The position numbers and the translations under genes are program-made. A model generated the notes under the pieces. It ran no database searches. It was given only the letters and a program-made list of their open reading frames with translations, and was not told where the DNA came from. A stretch of DNA of 45,655 nucleotides from a virus (taxonomy: Duplodnaviria > Caudoviricetes): IMG/VR virus record IMGVR_UViG_3300033067_000519, positions 1 through 45,655 of that record; one strand, written 5' to 3'. Positions 7,931-16,220 of the stretch are shown here, one piece after another. Within the stretch, counting starts at the first letter, position 1. Each line of letters opens with the position of its first letter.

Positions 7931-8517
7931 AATGCTCCCCCGATTGGTAATTCAAATCTGTGTTCTTGCTTCAAGTAACTACAACGGACTACTGTTTTAA
8001 CAGGTAGCAGCGCTCGTTTGAACAACACTTCCCAGTGGGTGGTGTAAAAGCATTTACATTTTTCTGGAACTTCAAACTCGTCAAAATACCCGTATCGTTC
8101 GTTGTTGTAATCGCTCCAGCTAAATCTACGCAATAATTTAGTCTGGCGGCTATTAACTAGAGTGTAGAACTTTAAGCGCCCGTTTGCTTCATTGTACTCA
8201 ATTACTTTGTCTAACATGTCCTTGGCCACTTGCACCCCGCCTCCGCTACGGCATAGTGTATAGTACCAACTGGGCTCATCAGGAGTTTCATAAAAAGTAA
8301 TAAACCCCTGTAATTTGCCAGCATCATCAATGGCACCCATGGCGTGAAAATTTTTAAGTCCCGACAAGTATGTGTCATTGAATCGGTTAAACAACACTGC
8401 ATTCTGGATATCAGCCGGCACTCCCCAAGTTTCGTCTCCCTCGCCCATGTATTTTTCACCAACAAACAGTTCGCGGCATGCATCGGCATGTGATTGATCT
8501 AACATTACAATATTCAT
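7927..8517 (-). CDS. Hypothetical protein, possible divergent GNAT fold
   Basis: Pattern AIDDAGKLQGFITF...MLDKVIEYNEANG resembles GNAT strands and helix; no clear motif A. Confidence 0.45.
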   Translation of the reverse strand: MNIVMLDQSHADACRELFVGEKYMGEGDETWGVPADIQNAVLFNRFNDTYLSGLKNFHAMGAIDDAGKLQGFITFYETPDEPSWYYTLCRSGGGVQVAKDMLDKVIEYNEANGRLKFYTLVNSRQTKLLRRFSWSDYNNERYGYFDEFEVPEKCKCFYTTHWEVLFKRALLPVKTVVRCSYLKQEHRFELPIGGAL

Positions 8518-9437
8518 TTGTTTTCTCCATGCAGCATTTTCTTAAGGTCTTTGATAAAGATACCATCTAAGCTGCCTTCAAGTCTCTTTAAGTGTGTTCG
8601 GTGCAAAGTATCATAGGTTTCCATATTGAATCCAATGAGCTTTTCGTAACCGTGTGTTTTCTTTTTTCTAGTTAGCTCGGGCATGTACTCGTACAAGATC
8701 TGGTTCTTAGTACTAACACTGCCTAACTTATAATTGTATTTTTCATCAAACAGCCAATTAACTTTAGGATGTTCTAGATGATAGGCCAACATTTCGGGAG
8801 TATAACTAAACCATTCGTTAACTAGAGGCAAGTTATATTTGAGACTAAACCTCATTGCACTAGCATCTTCATTTTCCCTAAATGTGTAATACCAATCACA
8901 TTCTTTGTTTCGATAAATTTGTCTGCGCATCAGCATTTCTCCGCCCATAACAGCCGGCAAACCCAATTGTTTAATGTGATGGTACACAGTCAAGTATGCC
9001 ATTTGTCTGCATTGGATCTCTGCTGCAAATTCAGCAGCCTGCCCACTGTTGTAAAAGTCTTTGACATCAAACTCAATAACTTCAAGATCAATACCTAGCT
9101 CATGACATACAGCCATGGCATTTACTAAGTCGTCGTAGTTATAATTATCCTTAAACTTAATGAACACACAGCGAGGAGTGACACCGTTGTGCATAAATGC
9201 TCGTAGTACAATCTCGCTATCAGTGCCACCAGAGAACATAACAACAAAATCGTTGCCATATTCCTTGTGTACTAATTCTGCGGTTCTATATTGCTCGTTA
9301 AGCCAGTTACTGGACTTGTAGTAATCTTTGTCAATTGCACCAACTTCAACGCGATACGGTTCATCTGCGTATTCCCTCGTGCCATACAAACGATCACCAA
9401 TCCAATATTTTAGATGGTTATTGTGTGTAAAGTTCAT
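8514..9437 (-). CDS. PP-loop (adenine nucleotide alpha-hydrolase) ATP pyrophosphatase
   Basis: VVMFSGGTDSE = SGGxDS loop. Confidence 0.75.
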   Translation of the reverse strand: MNFTHNNHLKYWIGDRLYGTREYADEPYRVEVGAIDKDYYKSSNWLNEQYRTAELVHKEYGNDFVVMFSGGTDSEIVLRAFMHNGVTPRCVFIKFKDNYNYDDLVNAMAVCHELGIDLEVIEFDVKDFYNSGQAAEFAAEIQCRQMAYLTVYHHIKQLGLPAVMGGEMLMRRQIYRNKECDWYYTFRENEDASAMRFSLKYNLPLVNEWFSYTPEMLAYHLEHPKVNWLFDEKYNYKLGSVSTKNQILYEYMPELTRKKKTHGYEKLIGFNMETYDTLHRTHLKRLEGSLDGIFIKDLKKMLHGENK

Positions 9438-9658
9438 GGCATTAAACTGATGAGATCGCCTATAGTTTTTACTGCACCAACAGGATCTTTAGTCTCTGTG
9501 CCAGTTACATCTTCGTAATACATTTGGAGCTCAACAGCATCTAGGCTGTCTATGTTTAATGCGCCCAGGTTAGATTCGGGAGTAATATCCTTAACATCAA
9601 TGCCTTTTAGTTCTTTGATTGCAGATATTAGGAAATTGATTTTTTCTTGATCAGTCAT
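9434..9658 (-). CDS. Acyl carrier protein
   Basis: 74 aa, acidic, LNIDSLDAVEL phosphopantetheine site, C-terminal KTIGDLI. Confidence 0.88.
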   Translation of the reverse strand: MTDQEKINFLISAIKELKGIDVKDITPESNLGALNIDSLDAVELQMYYEDVTGTETKDPVGAVKTIGDLISLMP

Positions 9659-9681
9659 GTTGTTCCTTCTAGATAACGTAT

Positions 9682-10278
9682 TTATTTGTGACTTGTTTCC
9701 CAGTGTTTTAATGTTTTCAAATTCTTTGTGTTGTCAGAACATAGAACTGGTTTAATCACACACCACTGAGGTACATTCCTAATTACTACAGGGCCAGGTA
9801 CTGCTAGACAGTCGTCCCACCATGTACTCCATCCGGCTTTGCTTTCATAACGTTTAGTCACAGTTGTATGTGCTGCCTTGTTATATTCATTGAATGTTAG
9901 CAACATAAAATCACAATCGTGTTTACGTGCCCAATCTACTTGTTTGCCAAGTACATAACTAGGAAGATGTGTTTGTCTATGAGCTGGGGTGACCCAAGTA
10001 CGTATACCACCAATGGCCCAATTAGAAGCACCTTCGGGATATTCAACACAGCTAATTGCTACTATGTCACCCGCATCAGTAACTGCATAAATCTTGCCTT
10101 GGTCTGTGCGCCACCTAAGTTGACTGGCTACATTATACAGGAAGCCACTATTAGGATCCCATGCCATGTTCTTTAAAGCAGGGTGTTCGCTAGATTGCTC
10201 TAATACAAACTGTTCTAACCGCCCGAAGTTGTCCGGATCAATAGTGTCACTATTATATGTTTCATAACTATAGGTCAT
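9682..10278 (-). CDS. GNAT-family acyltransferase
   Basis: RTWVTPAHRQTHL motif-A-like segment, DWARKH, LTFNEYN. Confidence 0.65.
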   Translation of the reverse strand: MTYSYETYNSDTIDPDNFGRLEQFVLEQSSEHPALKNMAWDPNSGFLYNVASQLRWRTDQGKIYAVTDAGDIVAISCVEYPEGASNWAIGGIRTWVTPAHRQTHLPSYVLGKQVDWARKHDCDFMLLTFNEYNKAAHTTVTKRYESKAGWSTWWDDCLAVPGPVVIRNVPQWCVIKPVLCSDNTKNLKTLKHWETSHK

Positions 10279-10823
10279 TTAATTCCTATTTTCATAAACC
10301 TTGTGTAACTGTGGTCCGGATATACAAACTCGCAATGTTGCAAAACCGATTGCCAGCGCATGGGATACGCACGATCAAATTCATCTAATGTAGAGTATGG
10401 TTGTACACAGTCCCTGTGGCCACCTGTGCGCCCTTGTATTGCAATCTGTGTACCATTGGGAATACGAGTGTACCATTCGGATCCGGCAATGTTGTCTGTG
10501 CTAGTATTAATTACTAAATTGTTAGGAGTTAGGGGATACTCTATTGTGTTACAATCCTGACAAAGAGTCTCTAACTGCCCGTTGCATTCTATTGCATTGT
10601 TGATTACTCTAGATTGAGCAAGATATACCGGATCGAGATCAACGTTGATAATGCGATTGAAGTCTACTGACTTTTTTGCATAAAGCAAAAAGGACATGGT
10701 TCCGGACCATGCCCCTAGAATGTAAACATTGTTTACATGTAATCCCAACTGCTCTAGTTCGTCACAAAGCCAAATTTTACTTTCAATCGGGCCATGTGCA
10801 AACGCATCAACATCAAATATCAT
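10275..10823 (-). CDS. Putative class I SAM-dependent methyltransferase
   Basis: VYILGAWSG glycine loop, NVDLDP acidic strand, VINTS. Confidence 0.65.
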   Translation of the reverse strand: MIFDVDAFAHGPIESKIWLCDELEQLGLHVNNVYILGAWSGTMSFLLYAKKSVDFNRIINVDLDPVYLAQSRVINNAIECNGQLETLCQDCNTIEYPLTPNNLVINTSTDNIAGSEWYTRIPNGTQIAIQGRTGGHRDCVQPYSTLDEFDRAYPMRWQSVLQHCEFVYPDHSYTRFMKIGIK

Positions 10824-11469
10824 TGCCTAAGTCGAGCGGATTTAAGTCTTTATTATATGGCGTGTTAATAATGCAATTGTCTTTGGCATAGTACTTTTGA
10901 ACAAAGTGTCGGTACCAATTCATTGCAGTCAGTTTGCTAACCATAGGCCATCTTGCAATTCTACCGCGCATGCCCCGAATCTCAAATCCAGCTTCGTACA
11001 GGCCATTTCGTAGTGTACGTTGGTCTTCTGCAGTTCGGACAGTACCTTCGTCTACTTGCACACTCTCCCCGGGTGTTAACATCGGCGAGAATAGAGAATG
11101 GAGAATTTCCTGACTTCGCCAAACTTCAACATAATCAATGCTGTTAGCCAAGGGATTGTGTACCTTAACCCTCCAAATTAAATTGCCATTGTCCCTGTTA
11201 GTCTCAAATATTTGATTGTGCGGCTTCCATGCTGTTTGCATGTATTCAGTTTGCTTGCGCAAGTTGAGGCCAGTGCCAGTGGTGTTGTTACCTTTGTTAA
11301 AGTAATTGCTAACAAACTCGTCGTTCTGTTCGCGATGCTTGACCCAAATATAACGTACTGCCCACGGGCCCTTTCCGTCGGGCACAACCAACGGAGGCAA
11401 TTTCATGCCGTCGGGGTATTTCCAGGCAGGATCTGCCATAGCTTCGAATGTTCCGTTATTAATTGACAT
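10813..11469 (-). CDS. Hypothetical protein (218 aa)
   Basis: Long ORF packed in the operon; no motif recognised. Confidence 0.7.
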   Translation of the reverse strand: MSINNGTFEAMADPAWKYPDGMKLPPLVVPDGKGPWAVRYIWVKHREQNDEFVSNYFNKGNNTTGTGLNLRKQTEYMQTAWKPHNQIFETNRDNGNLIWRVKVHNPLANSIDYVEVWRSQEILHSLFSPMLTPGESVQVDEGTVRTAEDQRTLRNGLYEAGFEIRGMRGRIARWPMVSKLTAMNWYRHFVQKYYAKDNCIINTPYNKDLNPLDLGNDI

Positions 11470-11474
11470 AGTGA

Positions 11475-12224
11475 TTATTCTGTAATGATCTTTTTGACTT
11501 CGGGCTTGAATTTGCCGTCGATTCTAATAGAAAAACTAAAGTGTGTAGTTGGCTCTGTCCCGTGGTAATCCATTTCGTTAAACCAAACAAACTTCTTGTT
11601 AGTGTCTGCGTATGTACGCTCCTTAGATTCACTATCCATGACATAGATATTCTTTGTGCCCGGTTTAGTAGTGAACCAAATAAAGTCATCATTGGGACGT
11701 TCATCTTGCGCCTTGCCGTCAAAGTGCGGAACTGTTTGATTGTTGGCTTCAGTCATGAACAACATAACTCGGCCAATGTCCTGGAACGGCATCTTCTTAA
11801 TAAACTCTACTAACGTAGGAAACTTAGATGCATTGTCGGTCCAATGACAATCTGCTTCCACTGACTTATTTAAAATACCAGTACGCTCGATGCGTTTGTT
11901 AAAACGTAAGAACAAAGCCCAGAAGGGATGTGGTATTGGTCCCAGGCTAGTTAAGTATTTGATTTTTTCATCGGTAGTTGTGCATTTGAAAAAGAACTCC
12001 TTTTCGTAGGGAGTCAAGTTCTCTGCAAACTTAGTCATGTATGGGGTAATTTCATAATCTGCCCAATCAGCATGCACACCGCTGGAAACAAATTTCTTGT
12101 CCCAAGTGCTTTGACTAATACCGTAACATACTTCGGCATGTAACTTTGCCCAGTCTACTGCTGGTACAAAGTCGTCTAAATAAATGAAGGGTTTTTTGTG
12201 AGCCCCAAGTCCTAGTAGCGACAT
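11475..12224 (-). CDS. Putative 2OG-Fe(II) oxygenase (Asp/Asn beta-hydroxylase-like)
   Basis: GRVML...PHFD (HxD) ...FNEMDYHG (distal His) ...SIRIDG (2OG Arg). Confidence 0.7.
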   Translation of the reverse strand: MSLLGLGAHKKPFIYLDDFVPAVDWAKLHAEVCYGISQSTWDKKFVSSGVHADWADYEITPYMTKFAENLTPYEKEFFFKCTTTDEKIKYLTSLGPIPHPFWALFLRFNKRIERTGILNKSVEADCHWTDNASKFPTLVEFIKKMPFQDIGRVMLFMTEANNQTVPHFDGKAQDERPNDDFIWFTTKPGTKNIYVMDSESKERTYADTNKKFVWFNEMDYHGTEPTTHFSFSIRIDGKFKPEVKKIITE

Positions 12225-12244
12225 ATAGTGTATCCTTATTGTTG

Positions 12245-12251
12245 TATTTAT
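12245..12251 (-). promoter_or_regulatory. Late promoter motif ATAAATA heading the acyl-tailoring cluster; a second copy at 9679-9685 precedes the ACP gene
   Basis: Same motif precedes the structural genes; resembles T4 late TATAAATA. Confidence 0.65.
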
Positions 12252-12302
12252 TGCAAAATACAGTGGATACTTTTAATCTAGGACAAAGGTTAGTGTGATA
12301 TT

Positions 12303-12377
12303 TGGTGCCCCGTATCTGAATCGAACAGATGATCCCTCGCTTACAAGGCGAGTGCAGTACCACTATGCTAACAGGGC
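12303..12377 (-). tRNA. trnT: tRNA-Thr(UGU)
   Basis: Cloverleaf, anticodon arm CTCGC-CTTGTAA-GCGAG, TTCGA T-loop, encoded CCA. Confidence 0.93.
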
Positions 12378-12418
12378 TTTCTATGTATTTACACGTTTAA
12401 GATAGCATGTAAAATATT

Positions 12419-12508
12419 TGGTGCGACTGGCCGGAATCGAACCGGCACGCCCCTTTCGGAAGCATCAGATTTTAAGTCTGAGGTGTCTACCAATTTCACC
12501 ACAGTCGC
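12419..12508 (-). tRNA. trnL: tRNA-Leu(UAA)
   Basis: Anticodon arm TCAGA-CTTAAAA-TCTGA, long variable arm, encoded CCA. Confidence 0.95.
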
Positions 12509-12514
12509 AAATTC

Positions 12515-12754
12515 TTAATATTGTCTAGTTAATGCTAACCACGCAATCCACTGTTTGAAAGCCTCATAAACTTCTTCAGCTTCAGTAGGACCTTGTTCAA
12601 CTTTTACACCACGTACCCAAAAACCGGTGTCACTTATTTGCATCATCGGTTCACCGTTACGTCCCATAAAACTTATAGTGTTAGGCGTTGCATGTTTACT
12701 AAACTGTATTGTAGCATCTTCTACAACGTCGTCAAGTAGTTTATCAGTACCCAC
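12515..12754 (-). CDS. Hypothetical protein (79 aa) between tRNAs
   Basis: ORF coupled to upstream ORF. Confidence 0.7.
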   Translation of the reverse strand: MGTDKLLDDVVEDATIQFSKHATPNTISFMGRNGEPMMQISDTGFWVRGVKVEQGPTEAEEVYEAFKQWIAWLALTRQY

Positions 12755-12950
12755 AGATAACTTTCTTGAGATTTTCTACCGCAGCGTCTGTTAAGATAAA
12801 CTGCGAGCTGACATGTTCTTCAACATCTCCGCAGGCACCTTCCCATACGGTGGTAAATTTCAGTTCATGTTCTTTGTTTTTAAGGGCAGGAATTGGACGC
12901 AATTCTGCGTACAGTTTAAATCCGCCAGTGTCTTGAAGAAGTAGTTTCAT
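12744..12950 (-). CDS. Hypothetical protein (start MKLLLQDTGG)
   Basis: ATG 6 nt after tRNA CCA; the track start lies inside the tRNA. Confidence 0.65.
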   Translation of the reverse strand: MKLLLQDTGGFKLYAELRPIPALKNKEHELKFTTVWEGACGDVEEHVSSQFILTDAAVENLKKVICGY

Positions 12951-12956
12951 GTTATT

Positions 12957-13032
12957 TGGTGCGCCCAGTTGGATTTGAACCAACGACCAAGGGTTTATGA
13001 GACCCCTGCTCTTACCACTGAGCTATAGGCGC
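12957..13032 (-). tRNA. tRNA with CAU anticodon, probably tRNA-Ile2 (lysidine) rather than Met
   Basis: 76-nt cloverleaf with CCA; paired 1:72 so not initiator; C4:G69 and C5:G68 as in TilS substrates. Confidence 0.9.
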
Positions 13033-13041
13033 AATAAGTCT

Positions 13042-13070
13042 ATTATATACAGCACTGCACCTGTTGTCAA
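13042..13070 (-). promoter_or_regulatory. Perfect sigma70 promoter TTGACA-17-TATAAT for the tRNA cluster
   Basis: Direct reading, 9 nt upstream of the first tRNA. Confidence 0.9.
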
Positions 13071-13234
13071 CGCTTTTTTCGTTTGATTGACAAATCTACC
13101 GAAGTCTTTGGTATTGCAGGGCGCTTGACACGATCGGCACCGGGTGTTGTCCCTGGGATTCTGGGCTTGTGCGCGGGAGGTGATGTTCGCAAAGGGCCAT
13201 CAACTATGTCAATAAGTTTTCGAAAATTGTTCAT
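13067..13234 (-). CDS. Small basic Pro-rich protein (55 aa, MNNFRKLIDIVDG...)
   Basis: TAAATA at 13241-13246 just upstream; not in ORF track. Confidence 0.55.
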   Translation of the reverse strand: MNNFRKLIDIVDGPLRTSPPAHKPRIPGTTPGADRVKRPAIPKTSVDLSIKRKKR

Positions 13235-13269
13235 ACAAAATATTTACCGCGCTAAACATTTAGTGTAAA

Positions 13270-13327
13270 ATGCGGCAGTGCAGCATAAATATATTAGTAG
13301 AAACCATTACATGTTTCTACTAATATA
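13270..13327 (+). promoter_or_regulatory. TGC-rich imperfect palindrome (PhaR-like box), ATAAATA motif and 15-bp perfect inverted repeat
   Basis: ATGCGGCAGTGCAGCAT at 13270-13286; TATATTAGTAGAAAC/GTTTCTACTAATATA at 13290-13327. Confidence 0.55.
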
Positions 13328-13343
13328 CAAAGGATAACACACA

Positions 13344-13520
13344 ATGTTAGATTTTTTAGCAGCGTACTTGGTAAACCCAATTATGCAAAAACAATTTAAA
13401 AATACAGAGCAACAAGAATTAGATCGCTATATCACTAGCAAAAACCCAACTACAGCCGCAGAAGTTGACTATTGGGCAAGAGAGTATGATCGTAGACAAG
13501 TAAAGCAAGGATGGCTATAA
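13344..13520 (+). CDS. Small protein (58 aa, MLDFLAAYL...ELDRYITSKNPTTAAEVDYWAREYDRR), loosely DUF3563-like
   Basis: AAGGA SD; TAATG coupling to next ORF; not in ORF track; family call tentative. Confidence 0.65.
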   Translation: MLDFLAAYLVNPIMQKQFKNTEQQELDRYITSKNPTTAAEVDYWAREYDRRQVKQGWL

Positions 13521-13621
13521 TGTTTAACAAAATTAAAACTGCAATCTGGAAATTTATGATTGAATTCGGTGAGTTCAAACAAGATATGATATCCAAGCGC
13601 GGGTATCACAACTGGTACTAA
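13520..13621 (+). CDS. 33-aa peptide MFNKIKTAIWKFMIEFGEFKQDMISKRGYHNWY
   Basis: Exactly fills the gap between coupled ORFs. Confidence 0.55.
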   Translation: MFNKIKTAIWKFMIEFGEFKQDMISKRGYHNWY

Positions 13622-13622
13622 T

Positions 13623-14183
13623 ATGCCACATACCGTACGGAGAGTTCTCCCGCACGAGTACTCCAAATATCGAGCACATCTCAAAGCACTAGACTCTGAA
13701 AGTTTATTGCTACGATTTGGATATCAGATTCGTCCCGAGGTGATTGACACGCTATGTGACGGATTTGAACGCGACCCCGATCATCACATTTTATTCTGTG
13801 TCGAAAGCAGTCAACTTGAATTCCTAGCAGTAGGGCACATTGCACTCGATAATGACATGGAGTTGGCATTTAGTGTGCTAAAAGAATATCAGGGACAAGG
13901 CCTAGGCGGATCGTTGATGCGTCGGTGCATTCAATGGTGCAGGACTCACAACGTATTGTCGGGTAACATGGTTTGCTTAACACATAATCGCGCCATTAGA
14001 CATTTGTGCGCCAAGTATGGTATACAAACGTCTAGCTCTCAAGGCGAGACCCTAGCAGAAATCCATTTAGATCCTGCAGGGCCCGATACATATTTTGAAG
14101 AGGCACTCGATAGGAATATTGCTGTGTTTGACTGGTTAACTAAACGTGCGCTGTTGCCTCTGTCAGGCCGCGCCCCTAGTTAA
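13623..14183 (+). CDS. GNAT-family N-acetyltransferase
   Basis: ELAFSVLKEYQGQGLG motif A; N-terminal HLKALD.ES..LRFG. Confidence 0.9.
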   Translation: MPHTVRRVLPHEYSKYRAHLKALDSESLLLRFGYQIRPEVIDTLCDGFERDPDHHILFCVESSQLEFLAVGHIALDNDMELAFSVLKEYQGQGLGGSLMRRCIQWCRTHNVLSGNMVCLTHNRAIRHLCAKYGIQTSSSQGETLAEIHLDPAGPDTYFEEALDRNIAVFDWLTKRALLPLSGRAPS

Positions 14184-14420
14184 AATTTCTATAACTATCT
14201 TTTCTTTAAAAGATTCTAGTCTATGCTCAAACTGATGACAGTTTTCTGCAATTCTGTTATCGTCCTCGTCCCACAATAATGCTGTTTGCAAAAGGTTAGC
14301 CCAGCGGGCAAGGTCTTCTTTATCCTTTTGAATATCAAAGACGTGCGCTCTGGGCCTAGCAGTTTTATAGAGCTGCCACTCTTTAAGTAACTCTTGTCCA
14401 CGTACTCTGTGGTCGATCAT
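14163..14420 (-). CDS. Hypothetical protein (start MIDHRVRGQ)
   Basis: ATGA overlap with uvsY stop. Confidence 0.65.
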   Translation of the reverse strand: MIDHRVRGQELLKEWQLYKTARPRAHVFDIQKDKEDLARWANLLQTALLWDEDDNRIAENCHQFEHRLESFKEKIVIEILTRGAA

Positions 14421-14869
14421 ATTGTAATATCTTCCATCCCGGCTGTTCGGAGCTTGACAATATGGCCCATTTGCCACTGTTTAGCTTCTAACCCCTTCAT
14501 AATACCTAGCCATCGGTTACGCAACAATGCGACTTCATTGATCAATGTTTCGTAATCAATAACTTCGTCCTCGCCGTCTACATACTTTTCGGCGTCTCTG
14601 CTGGTAAGTGCCCGAGCATAACTTTCTAGGTACTTTTGAAAGTGTTTCCTTCGAATTTTGCGTAGCTGGATGTTGAGATGATTAAGCACCGCCTCAATCT
14701 CTTGTAGTTGATTAAAGCGATGCTCGGTCTGTCCCGGTAGTCGTGCAATACCTTTTTCTACGTTACCATGAATCTTGACTTCGCCTTTAGCAGAGTCAAG
14801 TTCAGCGTAGTAGTAATCGATAAAAGCAGGTAAGTGACTAATATCGTTTACTATCTTGTTGTACCACAT
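14417..14869 (-). CDS. uvsY: Recombination mediator UvsY-like
   Basis: 150-aa helical protein, DAEKYVDGEDE motif, position beside uvsX and gp32. Confidence 0.75.
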   Translation of the reverse strand: MWYNKIVNDISHLPAFIDYYYAELDSAKGEVKIHGNVEKGIARLPGQTEHRFNQLQEIEAVLNHLNIQLRKIRRKHFQKYLESYARALTSRDAEKYVDGEDEVIDYETLINEVALLRNRWLGIMKGLEAKQWQMGHIVKLRTAGMEDITI

Positions 14870-14871
14870 CT

Positions 14872-15105
14872 TTAATCTTCGTAATCGTAGTCGTCGCTGT
14901 CGTCTTCATCGGCATCACTGTTGTACTCTTCGTAGCTGCGTTTTAAGTAAGCATCAACTCCGGCTAGTTCTTTGATGTCCAAGTCAGACAGAACGTCTAC
15001 CATAACACTCATGAGAGTATCGGCAGCGCCCTGGCGCTCTTTGACTGGTACGTATTCTTTTAAGATAGTGTATACTTCAACTAAAGTATCAATTTCTACG
15101 CTCAT
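14872..15105 (-). CDS. Small acidic hypothetical protein
   Basis: Coupled to uvsX stop; D/E-rich tail. Confidence 0.75.
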   Translation of the reverse strand: MSVEIDTLVEVYTILKEYVPVKERQGAADTLMSVMVDVLSDLDIKELAGVDAYLKRSYEEYNSDADEDDSDDYDYED

Positions 15106-16169
15106 TCTACTGTTTCCTCTTCAACTGGTACTTCACTACTTATGGCACGTGGATTCTCGGTAATATCTTTCATTACTGCATCCAGGCAACCATCATCGTT
15201 GCGTTCCCAGCCTTTGCGGAATTTCTTAATGATTTCCCCGTCGGTAGTAGTATAAACAAGGCTGTTGCCTTCTTTCTTTAGCATACCTTTGGCTTCAATC
15301 AAATCAGTCAATCCCGAGTAAGGATTCATGCCTGTTTCGTACGGAATCTTAACTTGAACACTTTCAAAAGGCTTGGCATAACGTGTCTTCATGATCTTGC
15401 ATGCCGCACGAATACCCTTAACTTCAGAAATCTTGTTGCCATCCTCGTCTTCTTTCAGCTTGAGCTTACGCATAGCAACTACAATAGAGCTAGCGTAGAT
15501 AAAGCCCTGACCGCCAGAAATCTTGTCATCTGGATCAAACATATCCTGCGAAGCATATGTGTGGTTAGTTGCAACTAAGCCAATGTTCAAGTCACCGAAC
15601 ATGTTAACACAATTACGAACAAGAGCTGTAAGTGCTTTAGGCTTGCGTCCCAAGTCGCCCTTAAGGTCGCCGGCTGTAAACTGATTTACGTCCGTCGGAG
15701 TTAACAACATTCCCAGCGAGTCAAGGATAAACAACACCTTGGGACGCTGGTCCTCGGGCAATGTTTTATACTCTTTAACAAACTCACTGATCATTTTAGC
15801 CACATCGTCAATCATGGCCATGTTAAGTTTTAGCAACTTATCCTCGGACGTATCAACGCCCAATGCATGCAACCATGCTTCATCAAGTGCATTTTCTGTG
15901 TCGATCAGAATTGGATAAATGCCTGCTGCCTGTGCATTTTTAACTAGATTGCCTGAGCAAATATAGCTCTTACCTGCGCCAGATTCACCGGCAAACACTG
16001 TAACTTTGCCCATCGGGATACCTTTAGTAAAGTCTCCAGAGATCAAATAGTTCAGTGCATAATTGTTTGTGCTGACCCAATCAGTTGGGTCATTGAAGCC
16101 AATGCTTAGGCCTTCAATACTTTTTGTAATACTTTTACGAAATTTCGAAACGTCGAAAGGTTTTCCCAT
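15102..16169 (-). CDS. uvsX: RecA-like recombinase UvsX
   Basis: Walker A GESGAGKS, IDTENA, LDSLG Walker B, SGG.G..YASS. Confidence 0.95.
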   Translation of the reverse strand: MGKPFDVSKFRKSITKSIEGLSIGFNDPTDWVSTNNYALNYLISGDFTKGIPMGKVTVFAGESGAGKSYICSGNLVKNAQAAGIYPILIDTENALDEAWLHALGVDTSEDKLLKLNMAMIDDVAKMISEFVKEYKTLPEDQRPKVLFILDSLGMLLTPTDVNQFTAGDLKGDLGRKPKALTALVRNCVNMFGDLNIGLVATNHTYASQDMFDPDDKISGGQGFIYASSIVVAMRKLKLKEDEDGNKISEVKGIRAACKIMKTRYAKPFESVQVKIPYETGMNPYSGLTDLIEAKGMLKKEGNSLVYTTTDGEIIKKFRKGWERNDDGCLDAVMKDITENPRAISSEVPVEEETVE

Positions 16170-16189
16170 AATTTTCCCTTATTGAAAGA

Positions 16190-16211
16190 GTAGGTGAGCG
16201 AACTCACCTAC
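16190..16211 (-). terminator. 9-bp hairpin with UUCG loop after gp32
   Basis: GTAGGTGAG-TTCG-CTCACCTAC followed by TCTTT. Confidence 0.6.
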
Positions 16212-16220
16212 CAAAGTTGA

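Noticed and set aside
13043-13056. 14-nt match (TTATATACAGCACT) to RNA unit C
   Set aside because: Here it is the complement of the tRNA promoter spacer and -10 box and lacks the AGG...CCTG stem; likely coincidental, and the implied antisense promoter at 2801-2829 has a poor -35
13083-13268. Plus-strand 61-aa ORF in the track
   Set aside because: Opposite-strand ORF 13067-13234 has an ATG and an upstream TAAATA and is preferred
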